A stretch of 20,000 bases of DNA from an uncultured virus (IMG/VR IMGVR_UViG_3300020047_008750) (taxonomy: Duplodnaviria; Heunggongvirae; Uroviricota; Caudoviricetes). Below the pieces are notes generated by a model. The model searched no databases, was not told the DNA's origin, and saw only the letters and a list, made by a program, of their open reading frames with translations. The DNA is taken from the IMG/VR virus record IMGVR_UViG_3300020047_008750. One strand, 5' to 3'. This document shows positions 18,061 to 20,000 of the stretch, piece after piece (the stretch's first letter is position 1; every line of letters begins with the position of its first letter). The position numbers and the translations under genes are program-made.

Positions 18061-20000
18061 ATGGCAACAAACAAAGTCGAATTCATAATTTCTGCAAAAG
18101 ATGAAGCAAGTCAGGTCATAAAAAATGTTGATCAGAATGCGCAAGAAATGTCGTGAAGCGTTTCAAAAAGCTTCAACAATCTTGTGTGACCTTCTGCAGC
18201 ATTTCTTTGAGTTTTGACCGCTGTCGGTGCATGAATGGTTGTTCTTTGAAAAAATGGTTTGACTGCTGCTGCTGATCTCGAGACTGCTGAAATTGGTTTG
18301 ACAACACTTCTGAAATCTGCTGATGAAGCAGGAAAGACAGTCGCGCGAATCAAGGAAGAAGCGTCAAGAACACCTTTCGAACTTGTCGGACTCTCGCAAG
18401 CTGTTCAACTTCTCGCTTCCGTGACAAAAGACGGAAACAAAGCAATCGACATTGTTCTTGATGTCGGTGAAGGTCTTGCAGCAATGGGAAAATGACAACC
18501 TGAACTTGACCGAATCATCGTGAATCTTCAGCAAATCGCAGCTGTCGGAAAAGCGTCAATGCTCGATATCAAACAATTTGCGTTTGCAGGAATACCGATT
18601 TTTGAAATGTTGCAAGAGCAGACTTGATTGTATGGTGAAGAACTCGGTGATCTGATCACCGACGGTGGTGTTTCTTTCGATATGCTGACAACGATGTTCG
18701 ACAGAGCAAACGACGAATGATGAAAGTTTTTCAACGCATACAAAAATCAAGCGTGATCATTCAATCAATCCCTTTCGAACATGAAAGATTCAGTGACTAT
18801 TTTTCTTTCTGAATTAGTCAAGCAAACAGGCGTCTTTGACCTTATGAAAAGAGTTTTCATGACGGTCACTGAATCACTTCCGAAACTCATGACAGCAATG
18901 CAGTGACTCGCGCAGACTCTGAAGGAAAATCCGAACATTGTTCTTTGAATCGCGACAGCAATCACTGCAATGCTTGTTCCTGCTCTCTATGCAGCCGCTG
19001 TTGCTGCTCTTCCTTTTATCATCGCAGCAGGTCAACTGATTTTGATTTCAGCTGCTGTCGGTGCTGCAGTCTATCTTCTTGCGGAAGCTTGGACGAATAA
19101 TTTTCTTTGAATACAAACTGCAACAATGGCGGTCTTCAATGCAATAAAAGCGATTGTCGAAGCGTTCATTCCTATATTCAAAGGCGTCTGGGATATGCTC
19201 GCAGGATATTTTCAAATAACTTTCTGATCTATTATCGGAATTTTCAAAGCGTTCTTTCAGCTTTTATCAGGTGACAGCGCGTGAGCGTGGGAAACAATCA
19301 AACAAGTCTATGTCAACGCGTGGGAATGAATCATTCGTTTTTTCGGTGGTCTTGGCGCTGTTCTCGGTTGAATCTTCTCGCTTCTCTGGGAAGGTATCAA
19401 ATACGGTGCGGAATTGGCTTGGAATGCAATCATCGAAGTTCTGAAGCTTGCTGTCACTGGTCTGACGCTTGTCATTGTCGGGTGGGTTGATCTGATCATG
19501 ACAACCTTCAAGGCATTTTGGGCGCTTCTCACTGGTGACTGGAAAGGCGCGTTGAATATCCTTTCTGGTTTGTGGTGAGGTGTTTTTGAAAAAATCAAAC
19601 AAATCGGAATGACTATTTTGACAGAAATCGGAACATTCATAATCAAGAAAATCGTTGATCTGGTCAACTGGTTCACGAATGACGGTCAGCGTTCATTCAC
19701 AGAATGATTCGCAGCGATGATCTGATGAATCGCGAATGTCGCGAAGAATGTCTTCAATGGTGTGATCGGAACAATCGAAAGTTTCATAAATTATGCAATC
19801 AACGGTCTGAATCAACTGATCAGCGCTTCGAACAAAGTGAATCCGCTTTTTCAGATTCCGACAGTTTCACCGATTGCAATTCCGCGATTCGCACACGGTG
19901 GTCTTGTCTGAATGGCTGAAGGTGGCGTCGTATCGGGCGCAGGTTGAATCGACAAGGTTCCTGCAATGCTTTCTGCAGGTGAGATTGTTTTGAACGCAGC
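18061..20000 (+). CDS. Tail tape measure protein (3'-truncated by the window)
   Basis: VEFIISAKDEAS N-terminus, tape-measure domain (LTTLLKSADEA...ASRTPFEL...AFAGIPI), periodic W/F helical repeats, PRFAHGG and DKVPAMLSAGEIVLN near the window end. Confidence 0.95.

Noticed and set aside
780..19676. Minus-strand and alternative-frame ORFs in the supplied track (e.g. 6574-7056, 10671-11150, 17680-18144)
   Set aside because: They are shadows of well-supported + strand genes, with no recognisable motifs or leaders.
1..20000. Decayed prophage full of nonsense mutations (pseudogenes)
   Set aside because: Every interruption is TGA, never TAA/TAG or a random frameshift, and they fall at glycine positions. 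Catalytic motifs are intact.
1..20000. TGA=Trp (table 4) or selenocysteine
   Set aside because: Trp or Sec cannot occupy Walker A glycines or the GG in HQEGG. Conserved Trp residues are encoded by TGG, often next to TGA.
1..20000. Phage-encoded suppressor tRNA-Gly(UCA) or other tRNA
   Set aside because: No intergenic gap shows a cloverleaf with a T-loop GTTCRA and acceptor stem. One could lie outside the window.

Overview
This window is a co-directional (+ strand) segment of a tailed dsDNA phage or prophage that reads TGA as glycine (translation table 25). The supplied ORF track is fragmented because it treats TGA as a stop. Retranslated by hand with TGA=Gly, the window resolves into about 27 intact, tightly packed genes, and every gene end in the window is TAA or TAG. 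In order: a replication/recombination block (DnaC-like ATPase, SSB, membrane-anchored lytic transglycosylase, VRR-NUC nuclease, hypotheticals); a terminator and late promoter; packaging genes (TerS, inserted HNH, TerL); a Mu-like head module (portal-MuF fusion, protease/scaffold, cement, gpT-like capsid, neck genes) with an embedded TM+GAF holin-like gene; and a siphovirus-type tail (terminator, tube, -1 frameshifted chaperone, tape measure). TGA=Gly in both early and late genes, plus U-rich leaders without Shine-Dalgarno sites, points to a code-25 host (Gracilibacteria or Absconditabacteria/SR1, CPR). The host is inferred, not shown. All calls come from manual translation and motif recognition; no searches were run.
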